Source: an uncultured Caulobacteraceae bacterium (lineage in GTDB: Bacteria; Pseudomonadota; Alphaproteobacteria; Caulobacterales; Caulobacteraceae). Taken from it: a DNA stretch of 38,075 nt. The position numbers were made by a program, and so were the translations under genes. Where the stretch lies: assembly GCA_964237305.1 (NCBI GenBank), contig CAXSHO010000011.1, positions 1-38,075 of the forward strand. Direction: 5' to 3'. The notes beneath the pieces were generated by a model. It searched no databases, had not been told where the DNA came from, and saw only the letters and a list, made by a program, of their open reading frames with translations. Numbering within the stretch: the stretch's first letter is position 1; the number at the start of each line of letters is the position of its first letter. This document shows, one piece after another, positions 15,959-24,044 of this stretch.

Positions 15959-17668
15959 TCAGCCGCCCAGGACCACCGCGCCCGCCGCCGTCACCGTGGA
16001 GCTCGCGAGGTTGTGGATCCCCACCAGCCGGATGACGAAGTCGGAGCCCGCCTGGAACGTCGAGGCGCTGCTGTTGTCCGCCACCACGTAGGTGTCGCCG
16101 CCCGAGGTGAACCAGCTCACCACGCCCGGACCCGCCGCGGCCGCCGCGTCCAGCCCGTTCTGCACGCTGGTGGCGGTGACCGCCGCCGACTTGAAGGACG
16201 TGGCCTTGAGGCCGGCGAAGCCCAGGATGTTGCCCGCATGGTCGTCCGTCAGCGACGACACGCTGGAGACGGAGGCGGCTTGGTACACCACGATGGTGTC
16301 GTTGCCGCCGTTGCCCGTGACGGTGGCGAAGTTGCGCACGGAGATGGTGTCGGCCACGGCGGAGCCCGTGACGGTGACGCCGCCGCCCGCCGAGCTGTTG
16401 CTCGTCGCACCCATGGAGGACAGGTCGATGTTGACCGCGGCGAACGACTGGGAGGCGTTGATCGTGCGCAGGGCGCCGATGCTCGTGCTGCCGTCGAGGA
16501 AGGCGTAGAGCGGCGCACTGTAGGCGACCGTTTCGTTGCCGGTGATGTTGATCGTCTGCAGCTGCGCGTCCTGGAAGTCGATGGACAGCACGGTGCTCTG
16601 CGGGGCGGCGCCGATGTTGGCGCTGATGTTCAGCACGTCCACGCCCGGCGCGATGATGCTGGGGGCGGTGGAGACGGTCTGTCCGGAGAAGGCCAGCGTC
16701 AGGATGTCGTTGGTGCTGTTCGCCGCGTTGGCCACGTTGACGGTCAGCTGGCCGTTGTTGGTGGCGATGTCGCCGGTGAACGCGATGGTCGAGTTGGCGC
16801 CCGCCGCCACGGTGGCGGTGGCGTTGGCGGCCACCCCGACGCTGGCCAGCGTCGCGCCAGAGCCCACGCCCGCCGTCTGGCCGTCCAGCAGCGGCTGGAT
16901 GGCGCTGTTGAAGCCCGCGCCCCCCGCGCCGTAGGTCGTCAGGAGGTTGGTGTTGAAGACGGCCGCGCCGTTGGCGAGGGCGAAGTTGAAGCCGTCCAGC
17001 GCCTTGGCGTAGGCGCCGACGTCGGCCTTGATGCCTTCCTCGAGGATGTAGCCGACGATGATCGCCTTGGTGGCGAGGTCGACGCTGTTGCCCGAGACCA
17101 CGCGCTGGGCCGCCAGCGCCTGGAAGTAGGGAAGCGAGCTGGAGATCGAGGCGATGGCGGCGGCGGCGGCCGTGGCGCCGACGGACGAGACGCCGATGAT
17201 CTGGTTGTAGGCGGTCGATACGGTCTGGGCGAGGCTCAGCGAGCCGTAGGTCGCCACGAAGGCCGCGTTGCCGGCCGCGCCGCTCGTCGCGGCCAGGTTG
17301 ATCGCCGCGTTGTAGTAGCGGTTCTCCGCATTGAAGCCGCCCGGGCCCGGCGCCGCCGCCGAACCGCCCACGCCGTTGTAATAGGCGGTGTTGTAGCCGG
17401 TGCCGGGGTTGTTGATGAGGTAGTTGACGCCCGCCTGCGTCGGCGTCGCGCCGGTGAACAGGGCGTAGGTGGAGACCGCCACGTCCACGGTCGAGCGGAC
17501 GCCGGCGAGCATGTAGTTCACCGCCGCGAAGGCCTGGGCGTCGGTGATGGCGCCCGCCGCGTTCGCGCTCGCCGCGTTGTTGAAGACGGCGGTCGTCGCC
17601 GCGCTGGGCGGGTTGCCGAAGGTGAGGTTGTTGTAGAACTGGCCCAGCTGTGAGGCTGTGTAAGGCAT
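15959..17668 (-). CDS. S-layer protein, RsaA-like (no N-terminal signal peptide, probable C-terminal type I secretion signal)
   Basis: 569 aa, rich in Ala/Thr/Ser/Gly/Asn. The N-terminus 'MPYTASQLGQFYNNLTFGNPPSAATT...VSTYALFTGATPTQAGVNYLIN...NAENRYYNAAINLA...SLAQTVSTAYNQIIG' parallels, from memory, the Caulobacter RsaA N-terminal LPS-binding domain ([26 protein letters not shown]...[21 protein letters not shown]...ENRFINFSINLA...YAQTVATAYDKIIG). One RTX-like nonapeptide, 'GNGGNDTIV'. Strong SD (aGGGGAGAcacatATG). Confidence 0.7.
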   Translation of the reverse strand: MPYTASQLGQFYNNLTFGNPPSAATTAVFNNAASANAAGAITDAQAFAAVNYMLAGVRSTVDVAVSTYALFTGATPTQAGVNYLINNPGTGYNTAYYNGVGGSAAAPGPGGFNAENRYYNAAINLAATSGAAGNAAFVATYGSLSLAQTVSTAYNQIIGVSSVGATAAAAAIASISSSLPYFQALAAQRVVSGNSVDLATKAIIVGYILEEGIKADVGAYAKALDGFNFALANGAAVFNTNLLTTYGAGGAGFNSAIQPLLDGQTAGVGSGATLASVGVAANATATVAAGANSTIAFTGDIATNNGQLTVNVANAANSTNDILTLAFSGQTVSTAPSIIAPGVDVLNISANIGAAPQSTVLSIDFQDAQLQTINITGNETVAYSAPLYAFLDGSTSIGALRTINASQSFAAVNIDLSSMGATSNSSAGGGVTVTGSAVADTISVRNFATVTGNGGNDTIVVYQAASVSSVSSLTDDHAGNILGFAGLKATSFKSAAVTATSVQNGLDAAAAAGPGVVSWFTSGGDTYVVADNSSASTFQAGSDFVIRLVGIHNLASSTVTAAGAVVLGG

Positions 17669-18025
17669 ATGTGTCTCCCCTAGGCGCCCGTCGGGCCCGC
17701 GGGCGCATCACGCACCCTGCCACCACGGCGAACGTCGCCTGGGCCGCGGAGTTTCAGCCCGAGCCGTAATCTTTTCTCTCCCCCTTCAACTTTCGTTAAA
17801 CCACGGCGCCCGGGCGGGGCTCCCCGGGCCGGCGGGAGGGGGGCGGCGCGGCGACGGAGGCGCGCCCGACGCAAATAATTCAAGGGGAGGGGCGCGGCGG
17901 ATGCGAACTTCTCCAGGGCGGCGGCGTTCGCCGTGTTGTAAGGATGTGATGGGGCGGCCGGAGGATCCGGCTCACGTCGCGTCCAGGCGCACCATCACGG
18001 TCGCGCGGGCAGGGAGAAGGCGAAC

Positions 18026-18901
18026 ATGCTGAACGAACGTGAGATGGAGCCCGTGGTCGACAACGGCGGCGACCGCCGTCTCGTCCTGAAGGCGAGCCTC
18101 GCCACGCTGGCCGCCATCGGCACCGGCGCATACTCGACGTTGGCGAAGGCGCAGGCCGCGCCGATCTCCGACGCCAACATCCTGAACTTCGCGCTCAACC
18201 TCGAGTACCTCGAGGCGGAGTTCTACATCCGCGCCGTCACGGGCCAGGGGCTGAACGCGTCCGAGACGAACGGCGTGGGCACGCAGGGCTCGGTGGTCGG
18301 CGGCCGCCAGGTGCCGTTCGTGAACACGGCGGTGCAGCAGTACGCCCAGGAGATCGCGCAAGACGAACGCAACCACGTCAACTTCCTGCGCGCGGCGCTG
18401 GGGTCGGCGGCGGTGGCGGAGCCGGCGATCAATTTCACCAACACCTTCAACACGCTGGCGCAGGCCGCAGGCCTGGGCTCGACCTTCGACCCCTTCGCCA
18501 ACGAGACCAACTTCCTGCTGGGCTCGTTCGTGTTCGAGGACGTGGGGGTCACCGCCTATCACGGCGGCGCGCGCTTCATCCAGAACAAGAACTACCTGGA
18601 CGCCGCCGCCGGCATCCTGGCGGTGGAGGCCTACCACGCGGGCATCATCCGCACCCTGATCTACCAGGGCGGTGCGGCGACCCAGAACGCGGCCAACGCC
18701 ATCTCCAACGTCCGAGCGTCTCTGGGCGGCGGCGGCGACCAGGGCGTGGTGCTGAACGGTGCGGCCAACCTCGTCCCCACCGACGCCAACAGCCTCGCCT
18801 TCGCGCGCACGCCCGGCCAGGTGCTCAACATCGTCTACGCCGGCGGCCAGGCGAACAGCTTCGGCTTCTTCCCGAACCGGGCCAACGGCGCGCTGTCCTG
18901 A
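18026..18901 (+). CDS. Ferritin-like domain protein (Ferritin_2 / desiccation-protein-like) with twin-arginine signal
   Basis: 291 aa. Tat motif '[21 protein letters not shown]'. '[19 protein letters not shown]', '[12 protein letters not shown]' and '[13 protein letters not shown]...[11 protein letters not shown]' are typical of the exported ferritin-like family. SD gGGAGAAGGcgaac before the ATG. Confidence 0.75.
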   Translation: MLNEREMEPVVDNGGDRRLVLKASLATLAAIGTGAYSTLAKAQAAPISDANILNFALNLEYLEAEFYIRAVTGQGLNASETNGVGTQGSVVGGRQVPFVNTAVQQYAQEIAQDERNHVNFLRAALGSAAVAEPAINFTNTFNTLAQAAGLGSTFDPFANETNFLLGSFVFEDVGVTAYHGGARFIQNKNYLDAAAGILAVEAYHAGIIRTLIYQGGAATQNAANAISNVRASLGGGGDQGVVLNGAANLVPTDANSLAFARTPGQVLNIVYAGGQANSFGFFPNRANGALS

Positions 18902-18923
18902 TCGCAGCGCAGGTCTGACGCGG

Positions 18924-18949
18924 GGGCGTCCGGCTTCGGCCGGACGCCC
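18924..18949 (+). terminator. GC-rich hairpin (11-bp stem, TTCG loop) after the ferritin-like gene
   Basis: gggcgtccggc (18924-18934) ttcg gccggacgccc (18939-18949), followed by ttcgc. The U-tract is weak. Confidence 0.5.
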
Positions 18950-18954
18950 TTCGC

Positions 18955-19806
18955 ATGTCCGGCTTGCACCCTCCCGCCCGCGCCTCCAGGGTCGTCTCCA
19001 TGGCCTCCGCCTCCCGCCCGCTCCGCCGCGACGCCGCGACCTGGACGGCGGCGGCGGCGATGGCGGCGGCGTCCCTCGCCTTGGCGCTCACCCTCCGGCC
19101 GGCCCGACCCGACGCCCTCCCGCCGCCGGATGCGCCGCCCGCTCCCGCCCGGGCCGGCCCCCCCGCAAGCTCCGCTCCGCGCCCGCCGCCGGTGGAGGCG
19201 TCCCGGGCGGAAGCCTTCCACGCCCGGCTCTCGGTCTACCTGGCGCAGGAGTCGCGCATGCGGCGCGCCTTCCTCCCTCCCCAGGCGGTCTCGGCGCGCC
19301 CGCTCCGCCCCGTGAACGTGCACCTCGTCAAGGTCACTCCGGGGGCCACGCCCCAGGCCTGCCTGGCGCAGGCCGTATACTACGAGGCCCGGGGCGAGCC
19401 GCGGGAGGGGCAGGCCGCCGTGGCGCAGGTGGTGTTGAACCGGGCGCGCAGCGGGTCGCATCCCGCGTCGGTCTGCGGCGTGGTGTTCGAGGGCGCGTCG
19501 CGTCCCGGCTGCCAGTTCAGCTTCGCCTGCGACGGCCGCCTGGGCGGGCGCCGACCGGCCGCCGCGGCCTGGCGCCAGGCCGAGACCGTCGCCGCGGAGG
19601 CGCTGGACGGCCGCAGGGTGGCGGGGGTGGAGGGCGCGCTCAACTACCATGCGGACTATGTGCGCCCGCGCTGGGCGGCGCAGCTGCGGCGCACCGCGGA
19701 GATCGGCCGCCACATCTTCTACGCCGCGCTGAGCCCCTTCGCCCACGCCGCGGCCGCCTGGTCGCCGCCGCCCCCGGCCGAGCCGGCCGCCGGCGCCACG
19801 GACTGA
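18955..19806 (+). CDS. SleB-family cell wall hydrolase (Hydrolase_2 domain) with N-terminal anchor and Pro-rich linker
   Basis: 283 aa. 'CLAQAVYYEARGEPREGQAAVAQVVLNRARSGSHPASVCGVVFEG...CQFSFACDG', 'LNYHADYVRPRWA' and 'IGRHIFY' match the SleB/Hydrolase_2 consensus. The second ATG at 19000 (MASASRPLRRD...) is an alternative start. Confidence 0.8.
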   Translation: MSGLHPPARASRVVSMASASRPLRRDAATWTAAAAMAAASLALALTLRPARPDALPPPDAPPAPARAGPPASSAPRPPPVEASRAEAFHARLSVYLAQESRMRRAFLPPQAVSARPLRPVNVHLVKVTPGATPQACLAQAVYYEARGEPREGQAAVAQVVLNRARSGSHPASVCGVVFEGASRPGCQFSFACDGRLGGRRPAAAAWRQAETVAAEALDGRRVAGVEGALNYHADYVRPRWAAQLRRTAEIGRHIFYAALSPFAHAAAAWSPPPPAEPAAGATD

Positions 19807-19814
19807 CCGCGCCC

Positions 19815-20420
19815 GTGGCGTCAAGGCGCGGCTTCTCGCTGGTGGAGACGCTGGTGGTGTTGGCGATCACCGCCGTGCTCCTGGTGCTCGTCTTCTCCGT
19901 CGCCGGGCGCATGGCGCAGGGCGGCTTCCGGCTGGCTGGACGGTCGCTGGACGCCGCGGACCGGCGGGTGGGGACGGAGGCGCTGCGCACCCTGGTCCGG
20001 GGCGTGCGCCTGCCGGGTCGGCGGCCCGACGCCCCCGGCTTCTCCGGCGGGCCGCAGGGGTTCACCGCCGCCGTGGTCCCCGCCCGCGCCACCGCCTGCA
20101 CCGGCCCGGCCCCCGCGCCGGAGGTCACCGTCCGGCTGAGCGGGGAGGGCGGGCGCACGCGCCTGGTCTGCCGGGCGGCGGGGGGCGGCGCGGCGGTGCT
20201 GCTGGACCTCGGCCCGCACCCCGCCGCCTTCAGCTACGCCCTCGCGGGCCGCGCCTGGACGGACCGGCTCACCGCCGCCCCGCCCCCGCCCCGCCGGGCG
20301 GGGGACCCCCCGCCCCCCGCGCCGTCGCCGCAGCGCCTGTGGATCCGCCTGGCCGCGGCGGACGGCGCCTTCGAGCTGGTGGAGGCGCTGGACCCCGGGC
20401 CGGCGGGGGCCGGCTCGTGA
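19815..20420 (+). CDS. T2SS minor pseudopilin (GspJ-like by size and position)
   Basis: GTG at 19815 in the frame of ORF 18759..20420, 9 nt after the sleB-like stop. Prepilin leader and hydrophobic helix 'VASRRG|FSLVETLVVLAITAVLLVLVF' (Glu at +5). 201 aa. Confidence 0.55.
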   Translation: MASRRGFSLVETLVVLAITAVLLVLVFSVAGRMAQGGFRLAGRSLDAADRRVGTEALRTLVRGVRLPGRRPDAPGFSGGPQGFTAAVVPARATACTGPAPAPEVTVRLSGEGGRTRLVCRAAGGGAAVLLDLGPHPAAFSYALAGRAWTDRLTAAPPPPRRAGDPPPPAPSPQRLWIRLAAADGAFELVEALDPGPAGAGS

Positions 20421-21421
20421 ACGCGCGCGCGGGCTACGCCCTGCCCGTGGTGCTGGCGGCGGTGGCGGTGCTGTCGCTGGTGCTCCTCAGCGCCGCCTCG
20501 GCCATGGCGGGCCTCGCCGTCTCCGCGCGCGGCGCGGTGGACGGCGCGGCGTTCCAGGCGGAGGCCATGGGCGCCGAGGCGCGCACGCTGCTCCTGGTGT
20601 CCACCAACCCCTTCGCCCCCGACGGGCTGCAGGTGGGCGCTCCGCCCCCGCGCGCCGGCGCCCCCGCCCTCCGCTCGGCGCTGCGGCTGGACGGGCGCGC
20701 CTACGCGCCGGGCGGCGCGCCCGACCTGCGCGTCTCGCTGCAGGACGAGGCGGGGCTGTTCAACCTGGACGCCGCCCGCGCCGACGCCCTCCTGCGGCTG
20801 TTCGCGCGGCTGGGCCTCTCCGCGACGGAGGCCGAGACGCTGCGCGACCGCCTGCTGGACGCGCTGGACGCCGACACCGACCGGCGGCCCCGGGGCGCGG
20901 AGCCCGCCGACTACGCGGCCCGGGGCCTGCGGGCGCCCAGGCCGGGCGGCTTCGAGGGGCTGGCGGAGGTGAATGCGGTGATGGACTGGCCGACCCTGAT
21001 GGCCGGCGACCGCCGCCGCGCGCTGGAGGGCTGGGCCACCGCCGCGCCGGGGGCGTCGGGGTTCAACGTCAACACCGCCCCCGTCCCCGTGCTGGCCGCG
21101 GTGCTCGCCCTCGCCGACGCCGACGCCCGCCGCATCGTCGCCGCCCGCGAGGCGCGGCCGGTCACCAGCGGCGCGCAGGTGGGCCTGCCCGCCGCCGGGG
21201 CGGGGACGGCCGAGCCCGTGCGGCCGAACGGCCGGGTGCGGCTCACGGTGGCGGACGTGCGGCGCGGTCTGGTCTACACCTCGCGCATCGCCCCGGGCCT
21301 CGACGCCGCCGGTCCGCCCTGGACCGCGTCGTCGGCGCTGGTGGAGCGCCGCGCGGTGGAGGCCGCCCCGACCGATGCTCCCGCCCTTCCTGACCCGACC
21401 CGTCCGCCGCCTGTCGGCTGA
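20417..21421 (+). CDS. gspK: T2SS minor pseudopilin GspK-like
   Basis: GTG 20417 overlaps the upstream TGA (GTGA). 'ARAG|YALPVVLAAVAVLSLVLL' lacks Glu5, as GspK does. 'VSLQDEAGLFNLD' and 'GFNVNTAPVPVLAAVL' resemble the GspK signature (D-E-x-G-K-hNhN ... INVNTA HhH region). 334 aa. Confidence 0.65.
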   Translation: MNARAGYALPVVLAAVAVLSLVLLSAASAMAGLAVSARGAVDGAAFQAEAMGAEARTLLLVSTNPFAPDGLQVGAPPPRAGAPALRSALRLDGRAYAPGGAPDLRVSLQDEAGLFNLDAARADALLRLFARLGLSATEAETLRDRLLDALDADTDRRPRGAEPADYAARGLRAPRPGGFEGLAEVNAVMDWPTLMAGDRRRALEGWATAAPGASGFNVNTAPVPVLAAVLALADADARRIVAAREARPVTSGAQVGLPAAGAGTAEPVRPNGRVRLTVADVRRGLVYTSRIAPGLDAAGPPWTASSALVERRAVEAAPTDAPALPDPTRPPPVG

Positions 21422-22421
21422 CGGCGCGCTGGCCGAGGCCGGCCCGCGCGAGGCGGCGCTGGGCCGGCCCACCGTGCTCCTGGCGCGCGGCCTGTGCCGC
21501 TTCGAGCGCTTCCGCGCGCCTGCCGGCCTGTCGCGGAGCGCCGCCCTGGCCGCCGCGCGGCTGCACGCCCGCACCCGCGCACCCTACGCCCTTCCCGCCT
21601 CCGCGCTGGCGCGGCGCGGGAGCGAGTTCGGCGTCTGGTGGTGGGACGCGGGCGGAGTGGCGGCGCTCCTGCAGGCGGCGGGCCTCGCCGAGCCCGTGCG
21701 GCTGCGGCCGGAGGCGGCGGGCCAGGCGGCGGGCGAGGGCTGGCGGGTGCTGCGCGGCCCGGACGGCTGGGAGGCGCAGCGCTGGGAGGACGGCTTCCTC
21801 CAGCAGAGCGCGTGGCGGCGCAGCCCGTTCGACGCCGCGGCCTGGAGCGGCTTCGCCCGCGTGGCGCCTGTGGAGGCCGGGCCGCCGCCGTCCGCCCCGC
21901 CGGCGGCCACGGCGGCGATCTACACCGGCGGCTCGGCCTATCGCGCCCGCTTCGTGCACGAGCACGAGCTGCGCACGCTCGGCCCGCCGCTGGCGCTGGC
22001 CGCCGCGGCGCTCAGCCTGGGGCTCAGCGCCTTCTTCGTCGGGCAGGGCGTGACGCTGGCCCGGCGCGACGGGGCGCTTCGCCGGGCGGTGGCGGTGCGC
22101 GAGGCCGCGCCCGCCGTCAGCCGCCGTCCCGAACTCGCCGCCCGGGCGCGCGGGCTCGCGGCGCTGGCGGCGGTGGTGGACCGGCCCGGGCCGCTCGTGC
22201 GGCTGGAGGAGGCGCGGGCGCGGCTCTCGCGCTTCGGGCTGAAGGTGACCGGGTTCGACGCCCGGCCGGGCGAGCTGGCGGTGACCACCTCGGCGTCGGC
22301 GGTGGCGGGGGTGGACCTCCTGGCCGAGGAGCTGGAGTCCTCCCCCGGCCTGCGCGACGTCCGCCCCAGCCTCGACCGCGAGACCCGCCGGCTGACGCTG
22401 CGGATGCGCACGGCGGACTGA
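21375..22421 (+). CDS. Bitopic inner-membrane protein, putative GspL-like assembly-platform component (very divergent)
   Basis: 348 aa. About 210-aa cytoplasmic N-domain, one TM ('LGPPLALAAAALSLGLSAFFVG') and about 120-aa periplasmic C-domain. Assigned only by topology and its position after gspK. Overlaps gspK by 47 nt; the alternative GTG start at 21474 removes the overlap. Confidence 0.35.
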   Translation: MLPPFLTRPVRRLSADGALAEAGPREAALGRPTVLLARGLCRFERFRAPAGLSRSAALAAARLHARTRAPYALPASALARRGSEFGVWWWDAGGVAALLQAAGLAEPVRLRPEAAGQAAGEGWRVLRGPDGWEAQRWEDGFLQQSAWRRSPFDAAAWSGFARVAPVEAGPPPSAPPAATAAIYTGGSAYRARFVHEHELRTLGPPLALAAAALSLGLSAFFVGQGVTLARRDGALRRAVAVREAAPAVSRRPELAARARGLAALAAVVDRPGPLVRLEEARARLSRFGLKVTGFDARPGELAVTTSASAVAGVDLLAEELESSPGLRDVRPSLDRETRRLTLRMRTAD

Positions 22422-22521
22422 CTTGTCCCCCCGCGCAGGCGGGAGCCTCGACCCGCGACTCCTCCCGCCGCGCCCAGCGTCGAGGTCCCCGCCTTCGCGT
22501 AAGCGAGCGGAGGGAGGGGCG

Positions 22522-22893
22522 TCAGGAGCGGCGGAGATAGCGGCACTCGCCGCCGGCCGGCTCCAGCGTCGCGCGCACCCTGCCGGCGTGCAGCAGCTCC
22601 ACGGCGCCGCCGGTGCAGCCGCCCGCCTCGTCCACCAACAGGGGCGCGGCGGAGCGGAAGCTCCAGCCCGCGGGCAGGGGCGCGGTCTGCGCGTCGGCCT
22701 GCAGCGCGGTGCGTGTGGAGAAGGCGCGGCCGCGCAGGCCCACGAGCGCGGTCTGGAAGTCCTGGAACGCGGCGTGGGTGGCGATCTGCTCCACGGCCAC
22801 GGAGGTGCGGGTCGCCACGATCGCGGTGAGGAGCGACAGCACGGCCAACGCGATCACCGCCTCCAGCATGGAGAAGCCGGCGCGGCCGCGCAC
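22522..22893 (-). CDS. T2SS minor pseudopilin (GspH-like)
   Basis: 123 aa. 'MRGRAG|FSMLEAVIALAVLSLLTAIV' prepilin leader with Glu5. Starts 2 nt after the gspG stop on the same strand. Confidence 0.6.
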   Translation of the reverse strand: MRGRAGFSMLEAVIALAVLSLLTAIVATRTSVAVEQIATHAAFQDFQTALVGLRGRAFSTRTALQADAQTAPLPAGWSFRSAAPLLVDEAGGCTGGAVELLHAGRVRATLEPAGGECRYLRRS

Positions 22894-22894
22894 G

Positions 22895-23347
22895 TCAGTT
22901 CTCGATGTCGGCGGCGTTGCCCGTCCCGCCGGGGCGGCCGTCCGCGCCGTAGCTGGTCACCTTCGGCTCCTGCCCCTCGGCGGCGGGCGGCGTGTAGGCG
23001 TAGTCGTGGCCCCACGGATCCTTCGGCACGCCCCCCGAGAGGTAGGGCCCCGACCAGTTGGGCGCGCCGGAGCCGGGGGAGGCGTTGAGCAGGGCCAGGC
23101 CCTCGACGGCGGTGGGATAGCGGGCGATGTCCAGCCGCATGGTCTCCAGCGACGAGGCCAGCGACTTCACCTGCACGCGGGCGGCGGTGACCTTGGACTT
23201 GTCGAACTGCGCGAACAGGCGCGGCCCCACCAGGGCGGCGATCAGCGCGATGATCGCCAGCACGATCAGGATCTCGAGCAGGCTGTAGCCCGCCTTGGCG
23301 GCGGGCCGGCGGCGGCGGGCGGCGGCCCGGGGCGGGTGGGGCGTCAT
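22895..23347 (-). CDS. gspG: T2SS major pseudopilin GspG
   Basis: ATG at 23347 within ORF 22895..23524. 'KAG|YSLLEILIVLAIIALIAALVGPRLFAQFDKSKVTAARVQVKSLASSLETMRLD...YPT..EGLALL', 'WSGPYL' and 'PKDPWGHDYAY...SYGADGRPGG' are classical GspG motifs. The leader is unusually long (20 aa) and Arg-rich, with Tyr at +1. Confidence 0.9.
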   Translation of the reverse strand: MTPHPPRAAARRRRPAAKAGYSLLEILIVLAIIALIAALVGPRLFAQFDKSKVTAARVQVKSLASSLETMRLDIARYPTAVEGLALLNASPGSGAPNWSGPYLSGGVPKDPWGHDYAYTPPAAEGQEPKVTSYGADGRPGGTGNAADIEN

Positions 23348-23462
23348 CGCGCAGGCGCTTAGCACGCCCGCCGCGGGCGCGTCGCTGGACAATGGCGGAC
23401 CCGCCGCCATACATGGCCGCGACCGGGGGCGGCGACCTTCAAGGAGACGCGCGAGGCGCGGC

Positions 23463-24044
23463 ATGTCGAGCGTGACCCTCCCCTCCGTGGCCGGCGCGGT
23501 GCGCGCCCGCTTCGGCCGCACCACGTCGCGCGAACGCCTCCTCCTCGCCGGCCTGGGCCTGGCCGGGCTCGCCGCCCTGCCGTTCGCGGCGCACGACTGG
23601 GCGGCGCGGCGCGCGGCCGAGACCGCGGCGGACGCGGCCCGGCTGCAGACCCTGGTCGCCGCGGACGACGCCGCGCGGCTCCGCGGCGTGGAGGGCCGGC
23701 TGGCCGGGCTGGAGGCCCGCGTCCGCGCCTGGTCGCCGCCCGCCCCCTCCTTCCCCGTGGCCCGCGTGCTGGTGGAGCAGGAGGTGGCGCTGGCCGCGGC
23801 GCAGGCGGGGATAACCGGGCTGGACGTGCATGCCGAGGAGACGCCGGACGCGGTGGGCCCCGCCCGCTTCGTGCGGGTGGAGGTGGGCTGCGCCTTCTCC
23901 TGGGCGAAGACGGCCGAGCTCGTGCGGCGGCTGGCGGCGGTGCGCCCCGGCTACGTGGTGGAGCGTGCGGCCGCGGAGGGCGAGGGCGCCGACGCCCGGC
24001 TGCGCATGGTGCTGCTCGCGCCCTTCCGCACGGGCGCGGCCTGA
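23463..24044 (+). CDS. Bitopic membrane protein, putative GspM/PilO-like
   Basis: ATG at 23463 in ORF 23295..24044. 193 aa. Short cytoplasmic N-terminus, TM 'LLLAGLGLAGLAALPFAA', a coiled-coil-like Ala/Arg-rich segment and a small C-terminal domain. Assignment rests on topology and context only. Confidence 0.4.
   Translation: MSSVTLPSVAGAVRARFGRTTSRERLLLAGLGLAGLAALPFAAHDWAARRAAETAADAARLQTLVAADDAARLRGVEGRLAGLEARVRAWSPPAPSFPVARVLVEQEVALAAAQAGITGLDVHAEETPDAVGPARFVRVEVGCAFSWAKTAELVRRLAAVRPGYVVERAAAEGEGADARLRMVLLAPFRTGAA

Noticed and set aside
15372-17726. 784-aa minus-strand ORF and 580-aa plus-strand ORF overlapping the S-layer gene
   Set aside because: Both are Arg/Gly-rich out-of-frame or antisense translations of a repetitive, Ala/Gly/Thr codon-rich gene. 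Only the 569-aa frame gives an RsaA-like protein with an SD.
17766-17789. TTGAAG-N12-GATTAC as the S-layer gene promoter (minus strand)
   Set aside because: The spacing and -10 element fit neither the sigma-70 consensus nor the alphaproteobacterial TTGACGS-N10-14-GCTANAWC consensus well. It is kept only as a place to look when mapping the 5' end.
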